DNA from: Clostridia bacterium
Lineage (GTDB): Bacteria; Bacillota; Clostridia; Oscillospirales; RGIG5299
Direction: 5' to 3'
NCBI GenBank assembly: GCA_017504945.1
Contig: JAFVQJ010000023.1
Coordinates: 11,745-75,744 of the forward strand
Length of the DNA stretch: 64,000 nucleotides
Shown here: in pieces, positions 1 to 8,281 of the stretch
Position numbering within the stretch: position 1 is the stretch's first letter
Layout of the letters: the number at the start of each line of letters is the position of its first letter
The notes under the pieces: generated by a model
Databases searched by the model: none
Told to the model about the DNA's origin: nothing
What the model saw: the letters and a program-made list of their open reading frames with translations, nothing else
Translations under genes and position numbers: made by a program

Positions 1-405
1 TCTGTCAAAGCATCTTGACACCCTCGAGAGCATCTCTGCGCAGACGAATATGTTAAAAGGAGCGTATTCCTCTAAGATTATATCGGCGTTTCTGCCTACT
101 ATAACGCAGTCTCTGCCCGATCTTGCTATCGATTCCAAAACCTTCTTTTGCTCAAGCAAAAGATTGGTCTTTGAGCTTTGAAAAACGGGAAGAGATATAA
201 AGGAGCTGCCGAAGGTGAGCGGTATCTGCTGCCAGACGTTATTTTCAAGCGACGCCTCAACGTATTTTTCGTCAAGCTCGCAGTTTTTCGAGATGGCGGT
301 GATTATCTCTCTGTCGTAATAATCAAAGCCGAGCTCGTCGGCAAGACGCTTTCCCAGCTCTCTGCCTCCGCTTCCGAATTCGCGGCTTACGGTAATAATT
401 TTCAT
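1..405 (-). CDS. Cytidylate kinase-like family protein (Cytidylate_kin2), runs off the left window edge
   Basis: Not in the ORF track. Hand translation from ATG at 405 (RBS AAAGGAG upstream) gives MKIITVSREFGSGGRELGKRLADELGFDYYDREII...DCVIVGRNADIIL; SREFGSGG and VIVGRxAD are typical of the family. Confidence 0.85.
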   Translation of the reverse strand, partial: MKIITVSREFGSGGRELGKRLADELGFDYYDREIITAISKNCELDEKYVEASLENNVWQQIPLTFGSSFISLPVFQSSKTNLLLEQKKVLESIARSGRDCVIVGRNADIILEEYAPFNIFVCAEMLSRVSRCFDR

Positions 406-479
406 AATGCTTCTCCTTTGCCAAAGTGATGTCTATATATTTAAGTATAGCATAAATACAATAAAACTACAACAGAAAC

Positions 480-508
480 TTGACATTTTGCGCCGCCGAA
501 TTTATAAT
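480..508 (+). promoter_or_regulatory. sigma-A promoter for the LMW phosphatase gene
   Basis: TTGACA (480-485), 17 nt spacer, TATAAT (503-508). Confidence 0.75.
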
Positions 509-535
509 AAATAAAACGGAAAAAGAGGTAACGGA

Positions 536-985
536 ATGAAAAAGGTGCTTTTTTTATGCCACGGCAATATCTGCCGCTCGCCCATAGCGGAATACGTGTT
601 TAAGAATATTTCAAAGGGCAGGGAAATATACTGCGAATCGAAGGCGGTGTCGTCAGAGGAGCTTGGAAATCCTATCTATCCTCCCGCGGCGGCGGTGCTT
701 CGCGCACACGGCGTGCCGTTTGGAAACCACAGAGCGCGCAAGACGGAAAAAAGCGATTACGACGCCTTTGATTATATAATAGTAATGGAGAGCTACAATA
801 TTCCGCGTCTTATGAGAATAATCGGAGAAGACCCCAAAGGAAAGGTCCGCCGTCTGCTCGATTTCACAAATAAGCCGGGAGATATCGAGGACCCGTGGTA
901 CAGCGGAAATTTCGAGAAGGTATATTCGCAGATCGAAGAGGGCTGTTCCGCCTTGCTTAAAGTCCTCGACGGCGAAAATAAATAA
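536..985 (+). CDS. Low-molecular-weight protein-tyrosine phosphatase
   Basis: P-loop CHGNICRS and downstream IEDPWY motif. Confidence 0.92.
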   Translation: MKKVLFLCHGNICRSPIAEYVFKNISKGREIYCESKAVSSEELGNPIYPPAAAVLRAHGVPFGNHRARKTEKSDYDAFDYIIVMESYNIPRLMRIIGEDPKGKVRRLLDFTNKPGDIEDPWYSGNFEKVYSQIEEGCSALLKVLDGENK

Positions 986-1197
986 AAATACAAAAACTGC
1001 AGTTTTTTATTAAAAAACTATTGCATTTTGCTTAAAATTTTATATAATAGAATTACAATAAAATTTTTCGAAAGGAAAAAAGCAAAATGAAAAAGATACT
1101 TGCAATAGCACTTACTCTTACTCTTATTTTAGCCCTTGCTGTTATGCCCACCAGCGCAGCTTCTCTCTCTTCCAACTGGACTGAGATCTGGAATATG
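903..1197 (+). repeat. 5' constant block of a tandem duplication, copy 1 (copy 2 at 2209-2505)
   Basis: Near-identical to 2209-2505. Covers the 3' end of the phosphatase gene, the intergenic promoter, the RBS and the signal-peptide coding region. Confidence 0.95.
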
Positions 1198-1992
1198 GTT
1201 GACGGATGCGGCGAGCTCGTAGTGGATAACGACGGATCTATCTATTTCGATAGCGAAATCGGCGGCTTCCACGGCGGAATTGGTGTTACCTACAATGAAA
1301 AGGTAGCGGTTGACGGCCTTGAAATACACATTAAGCTTGAAAATCTTACCGGTGTAAATACATTCCTTCCCGCTACTCTCGGTCAGCTTATTTCAGTAAA
1401 CCTTTCCGCAGATAAAGCAACCGATTTCGTACCCTACAGTGTTAACGGTACCGCACAGGAACCCACTGCAGACTGGAAAAACCCCAATTGCGGCTTTGCT
1501 ACCGGCCTTGACGTAAAGTGCCTCTCCACTGCAGCGGTTACCTTTACTCAGGTTGGCAACGACGAGACCTACGGTATCTTCGGCGGTATGACCTCCGCTA
1601 TTAAGATCGGTTACGATGCAGTTGTCGGTGACGTTATTAACAGCGGCGACGAGTTCCTCCTCAAGTTCGTAGTTGACGGTGAAAACGTAAAGGTTCTCGT
1701 TAACGGCGCTGAGCTCGGCGTTACCTTCCTTGCAGCAGACGTTCTTGATGCAGAAGGTAAAGCATACCTCTCATTCAGCAATCAGGGCTTTGGTACCTCG
1801 CACGCAGCACTTATCGTTAAGTACATCAACGGTGTAGCAGCTAACGATTGGGCAGGCGAAGCAGGTTCTTGCGCTCCCATCACTCCCGATGAGCCCGAGA
1901 CTCCCTCCGAGCCCGCTCCCTCTGAGCCCGAGTCCTCTATCGTTATCACTCCTCCCGCTGAGAACAAAGGCGGCTGCGGAAATAACGCATAA
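1087..1992 (+). CDS. Secreted protein of unknown function, paralog 1 (signal peptide, probable beta-rich domain, Pro/Glu/Ser linker, KGGCGNNA tail)
   Basis: Sec signal MKKILAIALTLTLILALAVMPTSA; strong RBS GAAAGGA; downstream terminator. Confidence 0.85.
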   Translation: MKKILAIALTLTLILALAVMPTSAASLSSNWTEIWNMVDGCGELVVDNDGSIYFDSEIGGFHGGIGVTYNEKVAVDGLEIHIKLENLTGVNTFLPATLGQLISVNLSADKATDFVPYSVNGTAQEPTADWKNPNCGFATGLDVKCLSTAAVTFTQVGNDETYGIFGGMTSAIKIGYDAVVGDVINSGDEFLLKFVVDGENVKVLVNGAELGVTFLAADVLDAEGKAYLSFSNQGFGTSHAALIVKYINGVAANDWAGEAGSCAPITPDEPETPSEPAPSEPESSIVITPPAENKGGCGNNA

Positions 1993-2032
1993 TTTGATTT
2001 AAAACTAAAGGATCCACCCATACGGGTGGATC
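1909..2032 (+). repeat. 3' constant block of the tandem duplication, copy 1 (copy 2 at 3208-3331)
   Basis: Identical run encoding EPAPSEPESSIVITPPAENKGGCGNNA, the stop codon and the terminator stem. Confidence 0.95.
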
Positions 2033-2043
2033 TTTTGTTTTTT
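2007..2043 (+). terminator. Rho-independent terminator
   Basis: AAAGGATCCACCC-ATAC-GGGTGGATCTTT followed by a T-tract. Confidence 0.85.
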
Positions 2044-2208
2044 GCTAAAGTTAAGGGTGATTACCGCTCGAGCCACGAGGTTCCTCTATGATTGAAATTT
2101 CCCACTGCGCGTGGGGCGCCTATTTCTTGTAGCGATAAGAAATAGGAAAAGAAGCGCTTTAAAGGGGAAGCTTCCCCTATGCTCGCGAGCGAGAAAAAAG
2201 CAAAATCC

Positions 2209-2290
2209 GCGGAAATTTCGAGAAGGTATATTCGCAGATCGAAGAGGGCTGTGCCGCCTTGCTTAAAGTCCTCGACGGCGAAAATAAATA
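2209..2290 (+). pseudogene. Duplicated 3' fragment of the LMW phosphatase gene
   Basis: Copy of ~903-985 (encoding ...GNFEKVYSQIEEGCAALLKVLDGENK*) with no start codon or catalytic motif. Confidence 0.85.
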
Positions 2291-2394
2291 AAAATACAAA
2301 AACTACAGTTTTTTATTAAAAAAACTATTGCATTTTGTTTAAAAAATATATATAATAGAATTACAATAAAATTTTTCGAAAGGAAAAAAGCAAA

Positions 2395-3291
2395 ATGAAA
2401 AAGATACTTGCAATAGCACTTACCCTTACTCTTATTTTAGCCCTTGCTGTTATGCCCACCAGCGCAGCAACTCTCTCTTCCAACTGGAATGAGATCTGGA
2501 ATATGTGTCTTGATGCAAATGGCGCTCAGGAACAGGCCGGCGAAGCAATTGCAGACGATACAGGCGCTATCACCCTTAACAATGATGGCTTTGGTTGGTT
2601 CTCAAAAGTTGGTCTTGTGTACAATGAAAAGGTAACCGTTGATGGTCTTGAGCTTATTATCTCCATAGATAACCTCTATGACGGTGCTGATCTCCCCGGT
2701 ATGCCTACAGCACTTACTTCTTTCGTTAATGTTATTCTTTCTGCTGATAAAGCAGACAACTTTGTTCAGTATGATGTCACCGATGGAACAAACCCCATGG
2801 GTGGTTTCTCTAACGGTCTAAACATGACAGCAGCTACTTCCGCAGCTTTGACCTTCGCCATGAATAACGACCGCGCTTCTTGGAGCGCATTCGGCGGTAT
2901 GGATTCTGCTATTAAGGTTTCATATGAGAACCTTTATGGCAACTTTGCTGATGAGGCTGATATCACCGTTAAATTTGTTGCAAACGGCGACAATATTGAT
3001 ATTCTTCTTGACGGTCAAGTAGCAATGAGTTTTGCGGCAGCAGAGGTTCTCGATGCTGACGGTAAAGCATATCTCGCATTCGCAGCTAACGGCTACGGCA
3101 ATGCAGCAGCTAATATGACCGTTAAAGCCATCAACGGCCAAACAGCTAACAGCTTCCTTGCCGCAGGTGGCGGAACACCCTACGCTCCCGACGCTCCTGA
3201 GTCAAGCGAGCCCGCTCCCTCTGAGCCCGAGTCCTCTATCGTTATCACTCCTCCCGCTGAGAACAAAGGCGGCTGCGGAAATAACGCATAA
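2395..3291 (+). CDS. Secreted protein of unknown function, paralog 2
   Basis: Same signal peptide and C-terminal tail as 1087-1992. The central domain is homologous but strongly diverged; shared blocks include YNEKVxVDGLE, FGGMxSAIK and VLDAxGKAYL. Confidence 0.85.
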   Translation: MKKILAIALTLTLILALAVMPTSAATLSSNWNEIWNMCLDANGAQEQAGEAIADDTGAITLNNDGFGWFSKVGLVYNEKVTVDGLELIISIDNLYDGADLPGMPTALTSFVNVILSADKADNFVQYDVTDGTNPMGGFSNGLNMTAATSAALTFAMNNDRASWSAFGGMDSAIKVSYENLYGNFADEADITVKFVANGDNIDILLDGQVAMSFAAAEVLDADGKAYLAFAANGYGNAAANMTVKAINGQTANSFLAAGGGTPYAPDAPESSEPAPSEPESSIVITPPAENKGGCGNNA

Positions 3292-3305
3292 TTTGATTTA
3301 AAACT

Positions 3306-3341
3306 AAAGGATCCACCCATACGGGTGGATCCTTTGTTTTT
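3306..3341 (+). terminator. Rho-independent terminator
   Basis: AAAGGATCCACCC-ATAC-GGGTGGATCCTTT plus T-tract. Confidence 0.85.
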
Positions 3342-3374
3342 GTTCAAACGGTGGCGGCGTCGCTTTCTCAAAAT

Positions 3375-3920
3375 CCCCACTGCGCGTGGAGCGCCTATTT
3401 CTTGTAGCGACAAGAAATAGGAAAAGAAGCGCTTTAAAGGGGAAGCTTCCCCTATGCTCGCGAGAGAAAGGAAAACAAAAATCCCCTTTCACTTCGGCGA
3501 AAAGCATACGGAAGCAAAAGCTTCCTATGCATTTCTTATGCGAAAGGAAAGTTTATACAAAGGGTGAAAGGGGGTTGCTTGTTCGCATTTACCCCTCTTT
3601 TGTTGCGTTTCCAAAAGATGCGCAAGGTTTCAAAAGGGCGGTAGCCCTTTGCGGTTTCAAGGGGTTAGCCGCGAAGATGACATAAAGCAATAGATAAGTA
3701 CAGCTAAAGCGGCGTAAGGGGGAAATTCCGAATCCCCCTTGCGCCGAGGGCGAGAAAAAGATTCTTTTCCCCCTTTTCTCATCTTTGAGAAAAGGGGAGC
3801 CCCGCGGCTCGAGCGGTAAAGCCCCGCGGCTTGAGCGGAAATGAAAAAGAAAAATCAAATTGGTGTGCGCCCTGCGGCTTGAGCGGGGGAAAAAGCAAGA
3901 TCCGCACAGCGTGCGGATCC
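3375..3920. repeat. Non-coding palindrome-rich element (partial second copy at ~2101-2208)
   Basis: Successive hairpins: CCTATTTCTTGT-agcg-ACAAGAAATAGG, GGGGAAGCTTCCCC, CCCCTTTTCTCA-tctt-TGAGAAAAGGGG. Three copies of CC(C/T)GCGGCT(C/T)GAGCGG near 3801, 3823 and 3871. Confidence 0.75.
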
Positions 3921-3929
3921 GATTTAAAA

Positions 3930-4463
3930 TTATTTTCTTTTTATATCGTGCCTTATAATTCCGAGCGCTATTGAAATAAGGCTGAGTATTTCGCAAATTA
4001 TAGCGCCTATCGCAACGTTTGCGACGTTATATATAAGCCACGAGGGCGAGCTTATAAGTCCCGAAAGTCTTATTGCCTTGGAATTATCCTTGCTGTAGCC
4101 CACCGTCATCGCCGTAAGACCGATAACGGGAAGCAACTCAATAACGGCGTTAAACAGCGTGAATTCCTTTGAAAACAGCGTAAAGGTGGCAATATACGAT
4201 AAAACGTATATTATGATAAATACCGCTATCCACACGGGGCTATCTGCTTTCAGCTTTTTCTTATCGTAAAAAACAAGCCCTCTTACCGTGTCGACGGCGT
4301 TTAAAATTCCGCCCGTGTAGGCGCCGAGCATAAAAAAGCTTATTGCAAAGAGGGTTGAGCCGAAAAGGTGGCAAATTATTACCGATTCCCTCTTTTTAAA
4401 CTGATATGACAAAATATTAAACGCCATGGCGACTATGCCGACTGCCTGTGCAAGCTCTTCCAT
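3930..4463 (-). CDS. YgjV-family inner membrane protein
   Basis: Multi-TM protein with the SYQxKKRxxI...FxxLGAYTG...WLIYN pattern typical of YgjV. Confidence 0.75.
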   Translation of the reverse strand: MEELAQAVGIVAMAFNILSYQFKKRESVIICHLFGSTLFAISFFMLGAYTGGILNAVDTVRGLVFYDKKKLKADSPVWIAVFIIIYVLSYIATFTLFSKEFTLFNAVIELLPVIGLTAMTVGYSKDNSKAIRLSGLISSPSWLIYNVANVAIGAIICEILSLISIALGIIRHDIKRK

Positions 4464-4601
4464 AAAATACTCCCCAAAAAACAGTTACTAAATTATATCA
4501 CAAAACAATTCGGTAATCAAGATGACAAAAAGCCGATATATTTGTCTTGAAAGACAGTGCCGGTTGTGTTATAATTATAAAAAATTCTGCGGAGATGCGA
4601 T

Positions 4602-5780
4602 ATGAATTACAGAAGCGATAAATACGGAAATAATCTCTCTTGTCTTGGATTCGGCTGTATGCGCTTTACACGCAATATGGGAAAGCTCGATTTCGAAAAG
4701 GCGGAACGGGAAATAATGCTTGCCGTTGAAAACGGAGTAAACTATTTCGACACGGCGTATATCTATCCCGGAAGCGAGGCGCTTCTCGGCGAGATAGTTT
4801 ATAAAAACGGAATAAGAGATAAGATAAATATTGCAACGAAGCTTCCGCATTACCTTATTAAAAGCCGCGAAACGCTTGACAAGATGTTTGACGAGCAGTT
4901 AAAGCGGTTGCGTACCGACCACGTTGACTACTATCTTATGCATATGCTCACGGATATCGGCGCGTGGGAGCGTATGAAAGAACTCGGAATAGAGGACTGG
5001 ATAGCCGAAAAGAAGGCGTGCGGTCAGATAAGGCAGATAGGCTTTTCCTACCACGGCAACAGCGAGATGTTTTGCACTCTCGTTGACGCCTATTTGTGGG
5101 ATTTTGCGATGATACAGTATAACTATATGGACGAGCATTCGCAGGCGGGCAAAAAGGGGCTTCAATATGCAAGCTCGAAGGGGCTTGCCGTTATGATAAT
5201 GGAGCCGCTTCGCGGCGGACGTCTTGTAAACCGTCTGCCCGACGAGGTGCTGAAGCTGTTTGCAAGCTCGAAAAGAAATATAACTCCTGCCGCGTGGGCG
5301 CTCAAATGGCTTTACGATCAGCCCGAGGTGACGGTGGTGCTTTCGGGTATGAATTCGAGCGAGATGGTTGCGGAAAATATTAAAACGGCATCGGAAAGCT
5401 TTGTCGGCGAGCTTGATGAATCCGATAAGGAGCTGCTTGCAAGGGTCGTAAAGGCGATAAACAAGAGGATAAAGGTAGGCTGCACCGGCTGCGGATATTG
5501 TGTGCCCTGTCCGCAGAAGGTGGATATTCCCGGCATATTCTCCGCCTATAACCGCCGCTATTCAGAGGGCAAATACAAGGCGCTTAAGGAATATATGATG
5601 TGTACTACTCTCAGAAAGGACTCGACTGCCGCTTCGAACTGCATCGGCTGCGGCAAATGCGAAAAGCACTGTCCGCAGGCGATACCGATAAGGGAAAAGC
5701 TTAAGGAGGCACAAAAGGAGCTTGAGGGTCCTATTTACAAAATAGCGAGCAAGGTTGCAAAAAAAGCAGTTAAGTTTTAA
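4602..5780 (+). CDS. Aldo/keto reductase with C-terminal 4Fe-4S dicluster domain
   Basis: LGFGCMR, NYFDTAYIY, IATKLP, MEPLRGG; C-terminal CTGCGYCVPCP and CIGCGKCEKHCP. Confidence 0.92.
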   Translation: MNYRSDKYGNNLSCLGFGCMRFTRNMGKLDFEKAEREIMLAVENGVNYFDTAYIYPGSEALLGEIVYKNGIRDKINIATKLPHYLIKSRETLDKMFDEQLKRLRTDHVDYYLMHMLTDIGAWERMKELGIEDWIAEKKACGQIRQIGFSYHGNSEMFCTLVDAYLWDFAMIQYNYMDEHSQAGKKGLQYASSKGLAVMIMEPLRGGRLVNRLPDEVLKLFASSKRNITPAAWALKWLYDQPEVTVVLSGMNSSEMVAENIKTASESFVGELDESDKELLARVVKAINKRIKVGCTGCGYCVPCPQKVDIPGIFSAYNRRYSEGKYKALKEYMMCTTLRKDSTAASNCIGCGKCEKHCPQAIPIREKLKEAQKELEGPIYKIASKVAKKAVKF

Positions 5781-5801
5781 AACAAAAAAATAAATCCCTT
5801 T

Positions 5802-7616
5802 TGAGCGTCACTCTAAAGGACAGGTTTCAAAAATACGGCATATCTCGAAAGATGTATGCCGTATTTTTGCATTTGTGACCACAAATGCAGTGCTTGTCAG
5901 TAAAATTGACAAGTTATAGGTGAACATAAAAAAGGCTCCCTTTTGCTATACATAGCAAAAACCACGGCTCATTTTGAGGCGTGGTTAATCAATAATTATT
6001 ATGATGGCATTGTTATTACAATTCCGGGGACTATTTCTGTTATCACATAATATACCTTCTGTCCGTTTATCTCGAAGGTGGATAAGTACACATAATCCGC
6101 AGGGACATCTGCTTCTACTGTATAGAAGTAACTTTCTATCTGATTATGAGAAGTCTTTGACGGAAAAGAACAATACCAAAGAGGAGAACGCTCTTCAGAC
6201 AGTGATGAGATGGATATATCGGTCATCTTTTCATAATATTGTTGCGAGTCACCATCGTATGTATATAGGCATCCAACGATAATCTTTTCATCTGTGCGGC
6301 AGACAAACATCGCATCGATATTTTCCTCACCGTTTTTCAGATTGAAGGCTTCAAGCATAACTACGTTATCATAATCTTCTTCTACAAGCACGCGAACATT
6401 CTCAAGATAAGCATGATAAGCATCTGTCTTGCTGTCGGAGCCCTTATTCGAGTTTATGACTCTTAAGATTCCTATAGCAGCATAAATTACCACGAACGCA
6501 ATCAAGCAAATGGCGAGTATCTTTCTAAACTTACGTCTGTTTGCAGGATATAGAGTAACATCTGCTGATTCATCCGAGACGTTTAATGTTTGTAAGGAAT
6601 CATCAATTTCTTGGTTCTTTTGCTCGGCTAACTGTCTTATCGCTAATTTACCATAATTCAAATGGGCGGCTTCTTTTGCTAATACCTCATAATATTCGTT
6701 AGCTTCTTCTTCATTCCCCTGCATAAGAGAGAGTCTTGCTTTGCAAAGTTTACGGTGATATTGGTTGAGTATTACAGGTGTAGGCGTATTGACCCACGCA
6801 ATACAAGCATCAATATTTTGCTTCAAATAGAGATCATAAAATGTCATTCGGGGGAAGCGTGTACGGCAGTTTGCTTGTTTGCTCGTTTTTTCCTTAGCCA
6901 ATGCAATTTCATATTGCTCACATACGCTTCGGAGATTTTCGTCATCACCAATATCAAAATACACATTAGCAAGATATATAAGATAATGATATTTATAACG
7001 ATTTGCAGTTTTCGGATCATTTAATTTTAATTTACAAATACTGATGACATTTTGATAGTGTCCGCAAAAATACTCGCCATATAATTGCCATAAAGCCGCA
7101 GGTGTATCAAAATTTCCTTGATATACGGTGGCAAGATACGTATCGGCATCCAGTTTTTTATTCAATATTGACAGTATGCACTTGTTGAATACAATCGGAC
7201 TACCTATTAGAATCATCAAAAGGAATACAACTAATGCTGCAAGCGTAGCAAATATGTTGCCCTGCAAAGCAACCAAGCAATATCCCAAAACAATGCACAT
7301 GGCAAATACAGTACACCAAATTTTATATCTTCTTACATATCGTTTTGCTTTTTGAATAACATCGGGATTGTTTTGCATAACGCCACCTCCTAAACCACCT
7401 TGCTTTACCGATGATATAATTGTTATACCATAAAACTGCCCAAAAGTAAATAGGACGGCTTGAATTTTCACTCAAACCGCCCTATTTTGTTAGGAAGCCT
7501 TACAACATTCGACCTCTGCAGGTCTGCTCGCACTTTCGGGGGATGATATGCCAAGCGGAAAAGATAATCCATGCTTTTTTGTCGGTAGGTAAAAACTGTC
7601 CTTAAGAGTACAGCCC
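5802..7616. mobile_element. Transposase-free insertion cassette bounded by imperfect terminal inverted repeats, inserted in a terminator loop
   Basis: Left end GAGCGTCACTCTAAAGGACAGGTTT (5803-5827). Right end reverse complement GGGCTGTACTCTTAAGGACAGTTTT (7592-7616). The flanks rejoin into the hairpin AAAAAATAAATCCC-TTTC-GGGATTTATTTTTT. Interior is AT-richer than the neighbours. Confidence 0.7.
5999..7378 (-). CDS. Membrane protein with TPR-like helical region, cargo of the insertion
   Basis: Probable start ATG 7378 after GGAGGTGG (ORF track begins at 7471). Two N-terminal TM helices, a TPR-like stretch (YLANVYFDIGD, ARLSLMQGNEEEANEYY), a third TM helix and a C-terminal domain. Confidence 0.7.
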   Translation of the reverse strand: MQNNPDVIQKAKRYVRRYKIWCTVFAMCIVLGYCLVALQGNIFATLAALVVFLLMILIGSPIVFNKCILSILNKKLDADTYLATVYQGNFDTPAALWQLYGEYFCGHYQNVISICKLKLNDPKTANRYKYHYLIYLANVYFDIGDDENLRSVCEQYEIALAKEKTSKQANCRTRFPRMTFYDLYLKQNIDACIAWVNTPTPVILNQYHRKLCKARLSLMQGNEEEANEYYEVLAKEAAHLNYGKLAIRQLAEQKNQEIDDSLQTLNVSDESADVTLYPANRRKFRKILAICLIAFVVIYAAIGILRVINSNKGSDSKTDAYHAYLENVRVLVEEDYDNVVMLEAFNLKNGEENIDAMFVCRTDEKIIVGCLYTYDGDSQQYYEKMTDISISSLSEERSPLWYCSFPSKTSHNQIESYFYTVEADVPADYVYLSTFEINGQKVYYVITEIVPGIVITMPS

Positions 7617-7636
7617 TTTCGGGATTTATTTTTTGT

Positions 7637-8179
7637 TTATTCAATAGATTCGTCGTATTCCGCTATGTAGGGGAGATTTCTGTAAAGCTCGCCGCAGTCA
7701 AGACCGTAGCCGATAACGAACTGATCGGGAATGGTAAAGAGTGATATATCGGAGTTGAAATCAACGGCACGTCTTGAGGGCTTATCAAGCAGGGTGATCA
7801 CCTTCAGGGAAAGCGGATTGCGAGCCTTCAGCATTTCGGTAACCTTTTTGAGAGTTCTGCCGGTGTCGATAATATCCTCGACCAAAATTACGTGGTATTC
7901 GGAGATATCCTGCAAAATGTCGAGCAGGATCTTTACGTTGCCCGAGGAAACGGTTCCGTGACCGTAGCTCTTTGCGCACATAAACGAGATCTCGCAGGGA
8001 ATTGTGATGGCACGGCAAAGATCGGCATGGAAGATAAAGGAGCCTGTGAGAATTCCCACTATGAGCAACGGACGACCCTTGTATTCCTCGTCGATCTGAG
8101 CGGCAACCTCTTTGATCCTGGCGTCGATCTCTTCTTTTGTAATGAGTATCTGTTTGATTCTTTTGTTATAATTATCCAT
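7637..8179 (-). CDS. hpt: Hypoxanthine phosphoribosyltransferase
   Basis: PRPP-binding VILVEDIIDTGRT, LLDKPSRR, FVIGYGLD..YRNLPYI; ATG 8179 after GAGG. Confidence 0.93.
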   Translation of the reverse strand: MDNYNKRIKQILITKEEIDARIKEVAAQIDEEYKGRPLLIVGILTGSFIFHADLCRAITIPCEISFMCAKSYGHGTVSSGNVKILLDILQDISEYHVILVEDIIDTGRTLKKVTEMLKARNPLSLKVITLLDKPSRRAVDFNSDISLFTIPDQFVIGYGLDCGELYRNLPYIAEYDESIE

Positions 8180-8247
8180 AAAGCGCCTCACGAAATATAA
8201 TATAAATAATTATAACATTTTTTGGGAAAAATGCAACAATAAAAGAC

Positions 8248-8276
8248 AAAAAAAGACGTCTTATGACGTCTTTTTT
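8248..8276 (-). terminator. Terminator after the etfB-etfA-ldh operon
   Basis: AAAAAAAGACGTC-TTAT-GACGTCTTTTTT. Confidence 0.75.
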
Positions 8277-8281
8277 GCAGT

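Noticed and set aside
178-429. 83-aa plus-strand ORF
   Set aside because: Antisense shadow of the cytidylate kinase-like gene at 405..1.
1087-3291. Diversity-generating retroelement explanation for the paralog pair
   Set aside because: Differences are not adenine-specific, include indels across the whole core, and there is no reverse transcriptase in the window.
3180-3996. Several short ORFs (3180-3413, 3304-3507, 3386-3685, 3589-3996)
   Set aside because: They overlap the palindromic non-coding element and terminator; composition is R/K/F/P-rich noise.
7490-7590. Possible transposase remnant just inside the right inverted repeat
   Set aside because: The short reading frames show no recognisable DDE or HUH motif; cannot be supported without a search.
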